Source: an uncultured Alphaproteobacteria bacterium | GTDB taxonomy: Bacteria > Pseudomonadota > Alphaproteobacteria > Methylaequorales > Methylaequoraceae | Length of the DNA stretch: 60,119 bases | NCBI GenBank assembly: GCA_964484795.1 | Contig: CAZAFN010000007.1 | Coordinates: forward strand, 1-60,119 | Reading direction: 5' to 3' | Part shown: positions 41,780 through 53,279 of the stretch, one piece after another | Numbering within the stretch: position 1 is the first letter of the stretch | Layout of the letters: every line of letters starts with the position of its first letter | Notes under the pieces: model-generated | What the model was told of the DNA's origin: nothing | Seen by the model: only the letters and a program-made list of their open reading frames with translations | Database searches by the model: none | Position numbers and translations under genes: made by a program

Positions 41780-42886
41780 ATGGAAAAAAAAATTAGTATT
41801 TCTTTGTTAGCAGGTGACGGGATTGGTCAAGAAATTTCTGTTGAAGCGAAAAAGATTCTTAATTGGATAGATTCTAAAACTCATATAAATCTTAGTTGCG
41901 ATGAAGGCTTTGTAGGAGGAGTTTCCATAGATAATTTTGGCACTCCCCTATCAGAAAGAACATTGAAAAAATTGAGGGATTCTGATGCCATTCTCTTAGG
42001 TGCGGTTGGAGGCCCTAAATGGGAAAAGCTACCTTTTGAACAAAGGCCTGAAAGAGGCTTATTAAAAATCAGAAAGGAGCTTGATTTGTATGCTAATTTT
42101 CGTCCAGCTTTAGTCTTTGACTCTCTAATAGATTCCTCAACCTTAAAACCGGAGGTGATTAGAGGTTTAGACATTATGATAATAAGAGAACTAACTGGGG
42201 GAATTTATTTTGGAAAACCAAGAGGTGTCAAAAAAATAACTGATTCAAATTCTAAAGGATATAATACACTTGAGTACACAACCAAAGAAATAGAAAGAAT
42301 TGCTAATGTCGGTTTTGAAGTTGCAATGTCAAGATCAAAAAAATTATGTTCAGTTGACAAAGCAAATGTATTGGAATCAACTGAATTATGGAGAAATGTT
42401 GTAACTGAAACTGCAAAAAAATACCCAGAAGTTCAACTCTCGCATATGTATGTTGATAATGCTGCAATGCAATTAGTAAGAAATCCTAAACAATTTGATG
42501 TTTTAGTAACTACAAATATGTTTGGTGATATTTTATCAGATTGTGCATCTATGCTTACTGGTTCTTTAGGAATGCTTCCATCTGCTTCTATTGGTATTAG
42601 TGGTGATGGAAAAAAAAATGCAATGTATGAACCCGTTCATGGATCGGCACCAGATATTGCTGGAAAGGGTGTTGCAAATCCATTAGCTATGATACTTAGT
42701 GTAGCTATGATGCTTAAATATTCTTTTCATGAGAAAAAAATATCCAGCATAATTAATAAATCAGTTAATTCTATTCTTGAAAAAGGATATAGAACTAAAG
42801 ATATCTTAAGCAAAAAAAATAAGGAAGTTTCCACGTGTGAAATGGGTGACCTTGTCTTAAAGGAATTAGAAAGTGAAAAAATTTAA
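41780..42886 (+). CDS. leuB: 3-isopropylmalate dehydrogenase
   Basis: [36 protein letters not shown]. Confidence 0.97.
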   Translation: MEKKISISLLAGDGIGQEISVEAKKILNWIDSKTHINLSCDEGFVGGVSIDNFGTPLSERTLKKLRDSDAILLGAVGGPKWEKLPFEQRPERGLLKIRKELDLYANFRPALVFDSLIDSSTLKPEVIRGLDIMIIRELTGGIYFGKPRGVKKITDSNSKGYNTLEYTTKEIERIANVGFEVAMSRSKKLCSVDKANVLESTELWRNVVTETAKKYPEVQLSHMYVDNAAMQLVRNPKQFDVLVTTNMFGDILSDCASMLTGSLGMLPSASIGISGDGKKNAMYEPVHGSAPDIAGKGVANPLAMILSVAMMLKYSFHEKKISSIINKSVNSILEKGYRTKDILSKKNKEVSTCEMGDLVLKELESEKI

Positions 42887-43889
42887 TATAGCAGTAGTAG
42901 GGGCAACTGGAAATGTGGGAAGAGAAATCCTAAATATTTTAGATTCTAGAAAATTTCCAATAAACAATTTAGTTGCCCTAGCCTCGTCTAAATCGGAAGG
43001 CGTTAAAATTAGTTATGGTAATGATAAAGAGGTTGTAGTTAAAAATCTGGAAAATTTTGATTTTACAGGAATAGATATTGTTTTGTCATCCCCAGGAGCA
43101 AAGATATCAGAAAAGTTTTCGCCTTTGGCTATCAAAGCTGGTGCCATTATAATAGACAACACTTCTTTTTTCCGAATGCAAAAAAAAATTCCGTTGATAG
43201 TGCCGGAAGTAAATCCAGAGGATATTGCATCATTCAAAAAAGAAAAAATAATTGCCAACCCAAATTGTTCAACCATTCAAATGGTAATGGCTATTAAGCC
43301 AGTACATGAGTTGTTTGAAATAAAAAAAATTATTGTATCTACTTACCAATCTACTTCAGGTGCAGGAAAAAAAGCTATGGATGAGCTATTTCATCAAACT
43401 TTAAACGTTTATAAAAACAAACCATTAAAATCTAATGCTTTCCCAAAAAGAATAGCATTTAACCTAATCCCACACATTGACCAATTTTTGGCAGGAGGGT
43501 ATACCAAAGAGGAAAAAAAAATGATTGAAGAAACAAAAAAAATATTAAAATCTGATTTTGATATTTTTGCAACATGCGTGAGAGTCCCGGTTTTCGTCGG
43601 TCATGCTGAGGCAATTTATTTGGAAACCAAAAAATCTATTGATTTAAAAAAATTAATTACAAAATTAAAAAAATCTCCTGGTCTAAGTTTAGTAGACGAA
43701 CCAATTGACGGTGGATACGTAACGCCAGATGAATCAGCTGGAGAAGACGATGTTTTTATTAGTAGGTTGCGGTTAGGGTTAGAAAACAAAAATTCTATGG
43801 GAATGTGGGTTGTTGCAGATAATTTGAGAAAAGGTGCAGCATTAAATACTGTGCAAATAGCTGAATTATTAGTAAATAAACATTTTTAA
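42873..43889 (+). CDS. asd: Aspartate-semialdehyde dehydrogenase
   Basis: [31 protein letters not shown]. Confidence 0.97.
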   Translation: MKKFNIAVVGATGNVGREILNILDSRKFPINNLVALASSKSEGVKISYGNDKEVVVKNLENFDFTGIDIVLSSPGAKISEKFSPLAIKAGAIIIDNTSFFRMQKKIPLIVPEVNPEDIASFKKEKIIANPNCSTIQMVMAIKPVHELFEIKKIIVSTYQSTSGAGKKAMDELFHQTLNVYKNKPLKSNAFPKRIAFNLIPHIDQFLAGGYTKEEKKMIEETKKILKSDFDIFATCVRVPVFVGHAEAIYLETKKSIDLKKLITKLKKSPGLSLVDEPIDGGYVTPDESAGEDDVFISRLRLGLENKNSMGMWVVADNLRKGAALNTVQIAELLVNKHF

Positions 43890-43891
43890 AA

Positions 43892-44929
43892 ATGAAAAAT
43901 TTCAAGAGCAGATATTTTGAGGATTATAATATTGGAGATGAAATCCAGCACAGTGTTCCAAGAACAATAACAGATGGTGATGTTTCATTTTACCTCGCAA
44001 CAACTGGAAGTAGATTTGCAATAAATTATTCACAAGAATTCTCTTTGAACCTAGGTTTTAAAAAAACACCGGTTGATGATGTGCTTTTGTTTCATATGGT
44101 CTTCGGAAGAACAGTTCCAGATCTTTCTCTTAATGCCATAGCTAATCTAGGGTATGCTGGTGTCATTTTTCACAGACCTGTTTTTGTTGGAGATACAGTT
44201 AGTGCAAGTTCCAAAATAATTGGTCTTAAAGAAAATTCTAATCAAAAAACAGGGACTGTGTATGTACAATCTACTGGGAAAAATCAAGACGGTAAAATAG
44301 TTTTGTCATATTACAGATGGTTAATGATGAGAAAAAAAAATAAAGGTATGATTTCATCATTTAAGAATTTTGTTCCTGAACTACCAAAGCGTGTTGATTC
44401 TAAAGATTTCATTATTCCAGAAAAACTAAATCTAGAAAAATGGTCAACAAAAATTACTGGCAGTCCCTTCTTTTTTAATGACTACAAACTTAATGAAGAA
44501 ATTCACCATCTAGATGGACAAACAATTGAAGAAGCTGAACATCAATTGGCCACACGTCTTTATCAGAATAATGCAAGAGTACATTTTAATAATCACATTG
44601 AAAAAGAGGGAAGATTTGGAAAAAGAATAATCTACGGTGGATACATTATTTCTCTTGCCAGAGCGATAAGTTGTAATGGTCTGGCTAATACATTTAAAAT
44701 TTCAGCAATACATTCAGGTAAACATTCAGCTCCAACTTTTGCTGGAGATACAATATATGCATGGTCAAAAGTTTTAGAAAAAAAAAAAATTAATGATAAA
44801 ATAGGCACATTATTACTAAGAACAGTTGCTTCCAAAAATAATTCTGAAATTTCATTCCCAGAAAAAGATAATCTTGGGAACAACATAGTTCTTGATTTAG
44901 AATACTCAGTTTTAATCCCTATCTTTTAA
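43892..44929 (+). CDS. mch: Double-hotdog MaoC hydratase, probable mesaconyl-CoA hydratase
   Basis: RYFEDY...H.VPRT, FHMVFGRTVPDLSLNAIANLGYA, LYQNNARVHF, IYGGYIISLARA resemble Mch as I remember it; directly upstream of sdhC. Confidence 0.8.
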   Translation: MKNFKSRYFEDYNIGDEIQHSVPRTITDGDVSFYLATTGSRFAINYSQEFSLNLGFKKTPVDDVLLFHMVFGRTVPDLSLNAIANLGYAGVIFHRPVFVGDTVSASSKIIGLKENSNQKTGTVYVQSTGKNQDGKIVLSYYRWLMMRKKNKGMISSFKNFVPELPKRVDSKDFIIPEKLNLEKWSTKITGSPFFFNDYKLNEEIHHLDGQTIEEAEHQLATRLYQNNARVHFNNHIEKEGRFGKRIIYGGYIISLARAISCNGLANTFKISAIHSGKHSAPTFAGDTIYAWSKVLEKKKINDKIGTLLLRTVASKNNSEISFPEKDNLGNNIVLDLEYSVLIPIF

Positions 44930-44932
44930 ATT

Positions 44933-45319
44933 ATGAAAAAAGAAGATCTACCAATTTCACCTCATCTCCAAATCTACAAGCCACAAATTACTTCTGTCTT
45001 GTCCATTACCCATAGGATAACTGGTTTGTTTCTAAATTTTTCAATAATAATTTTCTTGCTCTGGGTTATGTCTTTATCTTTTGGTAGGTCTACTTATGAA
45101 ACCTTCATTGAATACACAAAAATGATACCAGTGAAAATCATTTTTTTTTTTTCTCTACTTGGATTTTTTTATCATATGCTAAATGGTTTAAGGCATATTA
45201 TATGGGATTTTGGTTACTTCATAGAGAACAAGTCATCAGCTATTTTGGGCTACATTGTTTTATTCTGCTCAATCTCAGCAAGTATAATTGTTTCAATTAA
45301 ACTAGGAATCATAAAATGA
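44933..45319 (+). CDS. sdhC: Succinate dehydrogenase cytochrome b556 subunit
   Basis: PISPHLQIYKPQ, SITHRITG, HMLNGLRH. Confidence 0.95.
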   Translation: MKKEDLPISPHLQIYKPQITSVLSITHRITGLFLNFSIIIFLLWVMSLSFGRSTYETFIEYTKMIPVKIIFFFSLLGFFYHMLNGLRHIIWDFGYFIENKSSAILGYIVLFCSISASIIVSIKLGIIK

Positions 45320-45648
45320 AAACCAATTATTCAATAAACTGGTTGTTACAAAAAATTTTTGCATTAGTTTTTGTTGTTTTCTTTTTTTACACCATTCTTT
45401 CTCTTAGCAATGTTGATCTGCAAAGTTTTGAGTCAACGATTGTCTGGTTTAGCAATTATTTTAATTCATTTGTAATTTTAATTCTTTTTTTAACTATAAT
45501 TTTACATTCAAATATTGGGCTCTCATCTATAATTGATGATTATATTCACAACAAAAATTTAAAAAAAAATATCTTGCTTTTTAAAAACTTTTTCTTTTTT
45601 TCCATTATCTTATTACTTACGTTAAGTCTATTTTCAATAATAAAATAA
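45316..45648 (+). CDS. sdhD: Succinate dehydrogenase membrane anchor
   Basis: Three TM segments, H...G...IIDDY; position between sdhC and sdhA. Confidence 0.88.
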   Translation: MKTNYSINWLLQKIFALVFVVFFFYTILSLSNVDLQSFESTIVWFSNYFNSFVILILFLTIILHSNIGLSSIIDDYIHNKNLKKNILLFKNFFFFSIILLLTLSLFSIIK

Positions 45649-45649
45649 A

Positions 45650-47434
45650 GTGAATAAAAATATCATAAATTTAGAATTTGATGTTGTAGTTGTGGGTGCT
45701 GGAGGATCAGGGTTGAGAGCGGTAATGGGATGTGCATCATCCAATCTCAAAACAGCCTGTATTTCAAAAGTGTTTCCAACCAGAAGTCATACGGTTGCTG
45801 CTCAAGGAGGTATAAGTGCTGCATTGGGAAATATGGGAAATGATGATTGGAAATGGCATATGTATGACACAGTCAAAGGCTCAGACTGGCTAGGTGATCA
45901 AGATGCCATCGCATTTATGTGCAAGGAAGCTCCAGAAGCCGTAATTGAACTTGAACATTTTGGTGTTCCATTTTCCAGAACAGAAAAAGGAAAAATATAC
46001 CAAAGACCTTTCGGTGGAATGACCACACATTTTGGAGAAGGCATTGCTCAAAGAACTTGTGCTGCAGCTGATCGTACTGGTCATGCAATGCTTCACACCC
46101 TATACCAACAATCAATTTCCCATAATGCAGAATTTTTTATTGAATATTTCGTAATTGACCTAGTAATGAACGAAAAAAATGAATGTTGTGGGGTACTCAC
46201 AATTAATTTGCACGATGGTAAATTTTATTTGTTCTCATCCAAAATGGTTATTTTAGCAACAGGGGGATACGGAAGAGCCTATTTCTCCTGTACTTCTGCA
46301 CATACCTGCACCGGTGATGGTGGTGGAATGGTTTTGCGAGCTGGTCTTCCTCTGCAAGATATGGAATTTACACAATTTCATCCTACGGGCATATATGGAG
46401 TGGGTGTTTTGATTACTGAAGGAGCAAGAGGAGAAGGTGGTTATTTAACTAACTCAAAAGGTGAAAGATTTATGGAACGTTATGCTCCAAATGCCAAAGA
46501 TTTGGCAAGCAGAGATGTTGTATCTAGATCAATGACTAATGAAATAATTGAAGGAAGGGGATGCGGCAAAAAAAAAGACCATATCCACCTTAATCTGCAT
46601 CATCTTGACCATAATGTACTAGAAGAAAAACTACCTGGAATAACCGAATCTGCAAAAATTTTTGCTGGTGTTGATGTTAGAAAAGATCCAATACCTGTTC
46701 AACCCACGGTTCACTATAATATGGGAGGAATTCCAACTAACATATATGGTGAAGTTCTAGATATAGATAAAGATGGCAAAGACAAAACTATTTGTGGTCT
46801 TATGTCAATTGGAGAAGCAGCTTGTGTATCAGTGCATGGAGCCAATAGATTAGGTTCTAATTCATTGCTTGATCTAGTGGTATTTGGAAAATCTGCAGCT
46901 AAAAGATGTGCAAAAATAATCAAACCAAACTCTACGAACAGAAAAATTAAAAAGCAATTTTATGAGAAAACGCTTGAAAGATTTGATAAATTAAAAAATT
47001 CAAAAGGCAGCATATCTGTCTCTGACATCAGATTGGAGATGCAACATACTATGCAAAATTTTTGTTCTGTTTATAGATCTGAAAAAAGAATGAAAAGTGG
47101 GAAAAAAATTCTTGCTTCTTTACTTAAAAAACTTGATAACATTAAAATTACTGACAAGACATTGGTATGGAATACTGAAATAATTGAAGCTCTTGAGCTA
47201 CAGAATTTACTCCTTCAATCTTTGACCAGTATTGAATGTGCACTAACCCGAAAAGAAAGTAGAGGTGCACATTCCAGGATAGATTTTAAGAATAGAAATG
47301 ATAAGACTTGGCTTAAACATTGCCTTGTATCACTTGATCTTGATGGAAATTCAAAAGTTGGATTTAGATCTGTAAATCTAAAAACCAATTCAAAAGAAAT
47401 AAAAACCATTGAACCTAAAGCCAGAGTTTATTAG
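45650..47434 (+). CDS. sdhA: Succinate dehydrogenase flavoprotein
   Basis: [33 protein letters not shown]. Confidence 0.98.
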   Translation: MNKNIINLEFDVVVVGAGGSGLRAVMGCASSNLKTACISKVFPTRSHTVAAQGGISAALGNMGNDDWKWHMYDTVKGSDWLGDQDAIAFMCKEAPEAVIELEHFGVPFSRTEKGKIYQRPFGGMTTHFGEGIAQRTCAAADRTGHAMLHTLYQQSISHNAEFFIEYFVIDLVMNEKNECCGVLTINLHDGKFYLFSSKMVILATGGYGRAYFSCTSAHTCTGDGGGMVLRAGLPLQDMEFTQFHPTGIYGVGVLITEGARGEGGYLTNSKGERFMERYAPNAKDLASRDVVSRSMTNEIIEGRGCGKKKDHIHLNLHHLDHNVLEEKLPGITESAKIFAGVDVRKDPIPVQPTVHYNMGGIPTNIYGEVLDIDKDGKDKTICGLMSIGEAACVSVHGANRLGSNSLLDLVVFGKSAAKRCAKIIKPNSTNRKIKKQFYEKTLERFDKLKNSKGSISVSDIRLEMQHTMQNFCSVYRSEKRMKSGKKILASLLKKLDNIKITDKTLVWNTEIIEALELQNLLLQSLTSIECALTRKESRGAHSRIDFKNRNDKTWLKHCLVSLDLDGNSKVGFRSVNLKTNSKEIKTIEPKARVY

Positions 47435-47444
47435 TTTATAAGTT

Positions 47445-48212
47445 ATGGTTGAAATAACGCTACCCAAAAATTCAATAATAAAAAAAGGTAAAATTTTTGG
47501 TTCAAAGGGATTAAACAAACTACATCTTAAAGTTTATAGATGGAATAGGGAATCAAAAACAAACCCAAGGTTGGATGAATACTTTGTCAAAAAGGATAGA
47601 TTTGGTCCAATGGTATTGGATGCATTAATGTATATAAAAAATGAAATTGACCCAACTTTAACATTTAGAAGATCATGTAGAGAGGGCATTTGTGGTTCTT
47701 GTTCAATGAATGTTAATGGCACTAACACTTTGGCATGCCTAAAACCTATAGATAAAGATAGAAAAATTAACATCTATCCACTACCTCATATGAAAGTGTT
47801 GAAAGATTTAGTTCCAGATTTAAGTAATTTTTATGAACAATACAAGTCAATAAAGCCATGGATTAAAAACAAAAAAAATGGAAAGGGTGAAAACATTCAG
47901 TCACCTAAAGATAGGAAAAAGCTTGATGGCTTGTATGAATGTGTAATGTGCGCATGTTGTTCTACCTCTTGCCCAAGTTATTGGTGGAATCCTGAAAAAT
48001 TTTTGGGCCCAGCTATTTTATTGCAGGCATATAGATTTATAGTGGATAGTAGGGATAAGAACAAAAAGGAAAGGCTTGATTTTATTAAAGACAAATTTAA
48101 ACTCTATAGATGCCACACAATTATGAATTGTACAAAGACGTGCCCTAAGCATCTTAATCCAGCAAAAGCTATATCTGAAATAAAAAAATTACAAGTTTCC
48201 TCGAAATCTTGA
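47445..48212 (+). CDS. sdhB: Succinate dehydrogenase iron-sulfur subunit
   Basis: [34 protein letters not shown]. Confidence 0.98.
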   Translation: MVEITLPKNSIIKKGKIFGSKGLNKLHLKVYRWNRESKTNPRLDEYFVKKDRFGPMVLDALMYIKNEIDPTLTFRRSCREGICGSCSMNVNGTNTLACLKPIDKDRKINIYPLPHMKVLKDLVPDLSNFYEQYKSIKPWIKNKKNGKGENIQSPKDRKKLDGLYECVMCACCSTSCPSYWWNPEKFLGPAILLQAYRFIVDSRDKNKKERLDFIKDKFKLYRCHTIMNCTKTCPKHLNPAKAISEIKKLQVSSKS

Positions 48213-49252
48213 AAAATTTGAGCTCAAAATTAATCGCGTATCTTCAAGATCACAACAATATAAATCCTAACAATTGTCAAATAAATGCATCTAAAGAAAT
48301 TGAATTTTTTTTTAACGACAATTTAAACATAAGTTTGGTAAATTTTTTTAAGAAAAAAATACCTGGCATATATATTTATGGATCGGTTGGTGTTGGAAAA
48401 TCAATACTTCTAAAAGCTTTACATATGATCTTTCCAAAGTCTGAAATATTTCATTTTAGTGATTTAATTTTTCATTTACAAAATTGCAATTCATCAAAAA
48501 AAAACCCAACGGAATTTTTAAAAAATAAAAAACTGATAATAATAGATGAATTCTACTTAAATAATCTGACCAACCTAGTGCTATTCAAGAATTTTTTTAC
48601 AAAAATTCTGCAAGAAAAAAAAATTGTTGTAATGAGTGGAAATAAAGAATTAGGCAAAATTTATTTTGATCCAGTCAATTCAAAATTGTGTGGTGATATT
48701 AAAAATTTGCTATTGAAAAAATTTATGAAAATAAAAATGAAATCAAAGATCGACTATAGATCAAGTGATTCGTTTAATCTTAACTTTTTCTTCGTAAACC
48801 AAAAAAATTCTAGAAAATTTCAAGATTTACTTAGAAAAAAACTTTCAAGCACTTCTAAACCACAAAAAAGAAAGTTCAGAAGGTATGGAAATTCATTTAC
48901 CTTAAAAAACATATATGGAAACCTGCTTGATCTAAAGTTTTCAGATTTTTTTGAAAAAAATTTAATTTTTCAAGACTATGAATTAATTGCTAAAAAATTT
49001 AAAATAATCATTATTAGAAATGTCCCTAAAATGACCGAGGATTCCAAGAATCTTGTGGCACGCTTTATTTTTTTCATAGATGCGATTTATGAGAATAAAA
49101 ATATACTTTCAATATCAACCGATGTAGAATTGGAAAAAATATATTTGGGAAGGACGAACTCTTTTGAATTTAAAAGAACTGTTTCAAGGCTAAAAGAAAT
49201 GGGGTCAAATGCGTATGTTAAAGATAATTTAAATTTTTTACAAAAAAATTAA
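48209..49252 (+). CDS. zapE: AFG1/ZapE-family ATPase (divergent)
   Basis: [13 protein letters not shown] Walker A, IIIDEF Walker [25 protein letters not shown]. Confidence 0.85.
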   Translation: MKNLSSKLIAYLQDHNNINPNNCQINASKEIEFFFNDNLNISLVNFFKKKIPGIYIYGSVGVGKSILLKALHMIFPKSEIFHFSDLIFHLQNCNSSKKNPTEFLKNKKLIIIDEFYLNNLTNLVLFKNFFTKILQEKKIVVMSGNKELGKIYFDPVNSKLCGDIKNLLLKKFMKIKMKSKIDYRSSDSFNLNFFFVNQKNSRKFQDLLRKKLSSTSKPQKRKFRRYGNSFTLKNIYGNLLDLKFSDFFEKNLIFQDYELIAKKFKIIIIRNVPKMTEDSKNLVARFIFFIDAIYENKNILSISTDVELEKIYLGRTNSFEFKRTVSRLKEMGSNAYVKDNLNFLQKN

Positions 49253-50197
49253 ATGAAAAATCTAAAGAAGCATTATAAAAATATAGAAGATGAGATTATT
49301 TCTTTAAAAGAAAAGAATAATGCCCTGATTCTATCACACTTCTACCAAGATGAAGACATTCAAGATATTGCTGATTTTATTGGAGATTCTTTAGATCTTT
49401 CAAGAAAAGCTCAAAGAACCAAAGCTGACGTTATAGTTTTTTGTGGGGTTCGGTTTATGGCTGAGGTAGCAAAAATTCTAAGTCCTAATAAAACAGTTAT
49501 TTTACCTGATATAAATGCTGGATGTTCCCTTGAAGAATCTTGTCCAGCTGATGATTTTAAAAAATTCAAAGAAAATCACCCAGAACATCTAGTGTTATCC
49601 TACATCAATTGTTCTGCTAAAATTAAAGCCCTTTCAGATATCATTGTAACCTCTTCCAATGCCAAAAAAATAATAGATAGCTTACCCAAAAACCAGAAGA
49701 TTATTTTTGCACCAGATAAACATCTTGGAAACTATCTAAACAAAAAAACAGGTAGAAATATGATTTTGTGGAATGGAACTTGTGTAGTCCATGAAACATT
49801 TTCTGAAAGAGAATTAATAAAATTAAAGATTAGAAATGATGATGCCAAAATCATTGCCCATCCAGAATGTCCTGAAAACATTCTAAATCATTCGGATTTT
49901 ATTGGTTCCACCTCATCCTTACTAAAATTTGTGTCCAATAATTTGGCAAAAAAATTTATTGTTGCAACCGAACCTCACATTATTCATCAAATGAAAAAAA
50001 ATGAACCAAAAAAGGAATTTCTAATTGCTCCTGGTAATGATGGGAATTGTTCATGTTCATATTGCCCTTATATGGAACTCAACACATTGGAAAAATTAAG
50101 AGACTGTCTAGCTAATTTATCACCACAAATTATTATAGACAGGGAATTAATCTTGAAGGCAAAAAAACCATTAAATATGATGTTAAAACTAAGCTAA
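49253..50197 (+). CDS. nadA: Quinolinate synthase
   Basis: HFYQ, GDSL.L, FCGVRFMAE, AGCSL, YINCSA, CVVHE, AHPEC, CPYM. Confidence 0.96.
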   Translation: MKNLKKHYKNIEDEIISLKEKNNALILSHFYQDEDIQDIADFIGDSLDLSRKAQRTKADVIVFCGVRFMAEVAKILSPNKTVILPDINAGCSLEESCPADDFKKFKENHPEHLVLSYINCSAKIKALSDIIVTSSNAKKIIDSLPKNQKIIFAPDKHLGNYLNKKTGRNMILWNGTCVVHETFSERELIKLKIRNDDAKIIAHPECPENILNHSDFIGSTSSLLKFVSNNLAKKFIVATEPHIIHQMKKNEPKKEFLIAPGNDGNCSCSYCPYMELNTLEKLRDCLANLSPQIIIDRELILKAKKPLNMMLKLS

Positions 50198-50208
50198 ACT
50201 CAAAAGTT

Positions 50209-51066
50209 GTGAATTTAAATCAACTTTCAATCATAGCAATATCAAAACTACAATCTGAAATTATTGATGATTTAAAAGGGAAAAATATCAATAACGATAT
50301 TACTTCAAATACTCTTATAGATAATCAAAAAACAATTAAAGTTGCAATTTCTAATAGAGAATCATTAACTCTATGTGGTGAGTTTTTTTTAAAAAAATTT
50401 ATTAAAAAAAAATTCCCATCACTTATTTATAAAAGCTACTTTAAAGATGGTGATTATCTTCACAAACAATCTAAAATTGCTGAGATTAGCGGAAATTGTA
50501 AAATTATTTTTGCCATAGAAAGGACATTGTTAAATTTTATTCAACATTTATCTAGCATATCAACCTACACGAAGGAATTGGTCATTTTGCTCCAAAAAAC
50601 CAACACTAAACTTCTCGACACAAGAAAAACCATTACAGGTCTAAGAAAGTTGCAAAAATATGCCACTACAATAGGAGGAGCTAAAAATCACAGAATGGGA
50701 CTTTATGATGGAATATTGGTAAAGGATAATCATATTCAGATATTTGGAGATATTAATAAAACACTAAAAAAATTAAGTGAAAAAAAAATCAAAAATTTTA
50801 AAATTGAGTGTGAAACTATTTCACAAGTGAAAAAATCCATTGAAGCTGGAGCAGAATACATTTTATTAGATAATATGAAGCCTAATGAAATAAAAAAATC
50901 TGTAAAATTAAAAAACACTCTAAAATCAGCGGTTAAATTTGAAATAACTGGTGGAATAAAGTTAAAGAATTTAAAAAAATTTGCATACCTTGGTGCGGAT
51001 TTTATTTCTACAGGTGAAATCACTAATTGTCCTAAATCTGTAGATATTGGAATGGACATAATATAA
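50209..51066 (+). CDS. nadC: Quinolinate phosphoribosyltransferase
   Basis: ERTLLN, DTRKT, NHRMGLYD, KDNH, LLDNM. Confidence 0.94.
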   Translation: MNLNQLSIIAISKLQSEIIDDLKGKNINNDITSNTLIDNQKTIKVAISNRESLTLCGEFFLKKFIKKKFPSLIYKSYFKDGDYLHKQSKIAEISGNCKIIFAIERTLLNFIQHLSSISTYTKELVILLQKTNTKLLDTRKTITGLRKLQKYATTIGGAKNHRMGLYDGILVKDNHIQIFGDINKTLKKLSEKKIKNFKIECETISQVKKSIEAGAEYILLDNMKPNEIKKSVKLKNTLKSAVKFEITGGIKLKNLKKFAYLGADFISTGEITNCPKSVDIGMDII

Positions 51067-51092
51067 AATATTCTTTTTAACAACTTAAAGGA

Positions 51093-52046
51093 GTGAGCTT
51101 GAAAAAAATCAGTCTAATTGGCGCTGGAAATATAGGGACCATTCTAGCATATAGCATTTCTAGAAAAATGCTTGGCAATTTAACTGTGATTGATGTGGTT
51201 GATGGTTTAGCTGAAGGGAAATGTCTGGATCTAGCTCAAAGTTTTTCATTAGATAATGTTAACATTAAAATAAAGGGGTCTAGTGACATATCAAAAATTA
51301 AAAATAGCGATGCTATTATAATAACAGCAGGAATAGCTAGAAAGCCAGGAATGAGTCGCGATGATCTCATAGAAACAAATTTTTCAATAATATCTAATAT
51401 TGGCAAAGCCATAAAAAAATACTCCCCAAATTCTTTTGTAATCTGCGTTACAAATCCTCTTGACGCAATGGTTTGGTCACTAAAAAAGGTCGCAAATATA
51501 AAAAATCATATGATAGTTGGCATGGCTGGCATTCTTGACTCTGCAAGATTTAAACTTTTTCTTTCACAAGAGATTGGTGTATCAATGGAAAATATTCAAA
51601 CTATGGTTTTGGGTGGGCATGGTGATACTATGGTTCCATTATTGGGTTACACTTCTATATCTGGAATACCTTTAACCAGTTTTATTAAAAAAAAAATGTT
51701 AAGCAAACGTAAAATTGAATCATTAATTCAAAGAACTAGAAATGGTGGTGGAGAAATAGTATCTCTAATGAAAAACAGTTCAGCCTTTTATTCTCCTGCT
51801 TGTAGCGCAGTCGAGATGCTTGAATCTTATTTTTTGGATCAAAAAAAATTATTACCATGCTCCGCTTATGTGAATGGAAAATATGGTGCAAATGATATTT
51901 TTATAGGTGTGCCTGTAATAATAGGAAAAAACGGAGTTGAAAAAATTTTAGAATTAAATCTAACTAGTTCTGAAAAAAAAGAATTAACAAAATCAATTAA
52001 AGCTGTTGAAGAGTTAACTAGCAAATGTAAAAAACTTCTGGTCTAA
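51093..52046 (+). CDS. mdh: Malate dehydrogenase (LDH-like)
   Basis: GAGNIG, AGIARKPGMSRDDL (Arg specificity residue), LGGHGD. Confidence 0.95.
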   Translation: MSLKKISLIGAGNIGTILAYSISRKMLGNLTVIDVVDGLAEGKCLDLAQSFSLDNVNIKIKGSSDISKIKNSDAIIITAGIARKPGMSRDDLIETNFSIISNIGKAIKKYSPNSFVICVTNPLDAMVWSLKKVANIKNHMIVGMAGILDSARFKLFLSQEIGVSMENIQTMVLGGHGDTMVPLLGYTSISGIPLTSFIKKKMLSKRKIESLIQRTRNGGGEIVSLMKNSSAFYSPACSAVEMLESYFLDQKKLLPCSAYVNGKYGANDIFIGVPVIIGKNGVEKILELNLTSSEKKELTKSIKAVEELTSKCKKLLV

Positions 52047-52109
52047 TTAATTAAAGTCATGTATATTCCGAACTTTTACGATTAAAAAAGATTTTACTAG
52101 GATTTTATT

Positions 52110-53279
52110 ATGGACATTCACGAGTATCAGGCAAAGCAGCTTTTGGCTAAATTTGGTGTTGACGTTCCTCCTGGAGAAGTTGTTTATCAATCGCACGAAG
52201 CCGAACATATTGTATCGTGGTTAAATGAAGAAAAAGTTGTCGTTAAAGCTCAGGTTCATGCAGGAGGAAGAGGGAAAGCAGGTGGAGTGAAGGTTTGCGA
52301 TGGTAATGATGAGGTAGTGCAAACTGTAGATAAAATGATTGGAATGAACTTAATTACTCCTCAAACAAGTGAAAATGGTAAAATTGTAAGACGAGTGTAT
52401 TTAGAAAAAGCTTACGATGTTGAAAAAGAATTTTATCTTTGCATTACAATTGATAGGGAAACTGGCGGTAATACAATAATTACATCAAAAAAAGGTGGCG
52501 TTGACATAGAAGAGGTTTCCGAAAAAAACCCAGAAGAAATTCATAAAATTAGAATAGCTCCAGGTGCAGATCTTTTAACTCATCATGCAAGAACAATAGT
52601 TTATAATCTAGGACTGAGTGGTCCATTGGCTAAAAAAGCCCAAAAAAATATTTTAGCCATATATAAGGCTTTCACCTCCCTTGATGCCTCCTTAATTGAA
52701 ATCAATCCTTTTGCCGTCGTTAAAAGTGGAAATGTCATAGCTTTAGACTGCAAAGCATCATTTGATGACAATGCATTATATCGTCAAAGACAAGTTGCTG
52801 AAATGAAGGATGAGAATGAATACGATCCATTAGAACTCGAAGCTGCAAGACACGATCTCAATTATGTTAAACTAGATGGTAATATTGGATTAATGGTCAA
52901 TGGTGCAGGACTTTCTATGGCTACAATGGACATAATCAAACACTATGGGGGTGAAGCAGCAAATTTTATGGATGTTGCTGGTGCTGCAACTCCAGAAAGA
53001 GTTGCAGCAGCATTCAAACTCATCTATAGAGATTCCGATGTTAAAGGAATAATGATTAATATCTTTGGGGGTATGATGCGATGCAATGACATTGCTGAAG
53101 GTCTTGTAAATGCTTCAAAAGAAGTTGGGTTAGACAAACCTCTAGTGGTTAGGCTTGAAGGAACAAATGTAGATCTTGGAATGAAAATACTTAAAAACTC
53201 TGGTTTTCCAATTAAACCTGTTGATACTATGGAGCAAGCAGCTAAAGATGTAGTTGAGATGGTCAAAGAGAAAAATTGA
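52110..53279 (+). CDS. sucC: Succinate/malate--CoA ligase family beta subunit (divergent)
   Basis: [44 protein letters not shown]; substrate not certain. Confidence 0.85.
   Translation: MDIHEYQAKQLLAKFGVDVPPGEVVYQSHEAEHIVSWLNEEKVVVKAQVHAGGRGKAGGVKVCDGNDEVVQTVDKMIGMNLITPQTSENGKIVRRVYLEKAYDVEKEFYLCITIDRETGGNTIITSKKGGVDIEEVSEKNPEEIHKIRIAPGADLLTHHARTIVYNLGLSGPLAKKAQKNILAIYKAFTSLDASLIEINPFAVVKSGNVIALDCKASFDDNALYRQRQVAEMKDENEYDPLELEAARHDLNYVKLDGNIGLMVNGAGLSMATMDIIKHYGGEAANFMDVAGAATPERVAAAFKLIYRDSDVKGIMINIFGGMMRCNDIAEGLVNASKEVGLDKPLVVRLEGTNVDLGMKILKNSGFPIKPVDTMEQAAKDVVEMVKEKN

Noticed and set aside
52845-52872. TTATGTTAAA as the XerD arm of a dif site
   Set aside because: It lies inside sucC coding sequence and has no recognisable XerC arm; a similar partial match near 1950-1960 also lacks one.
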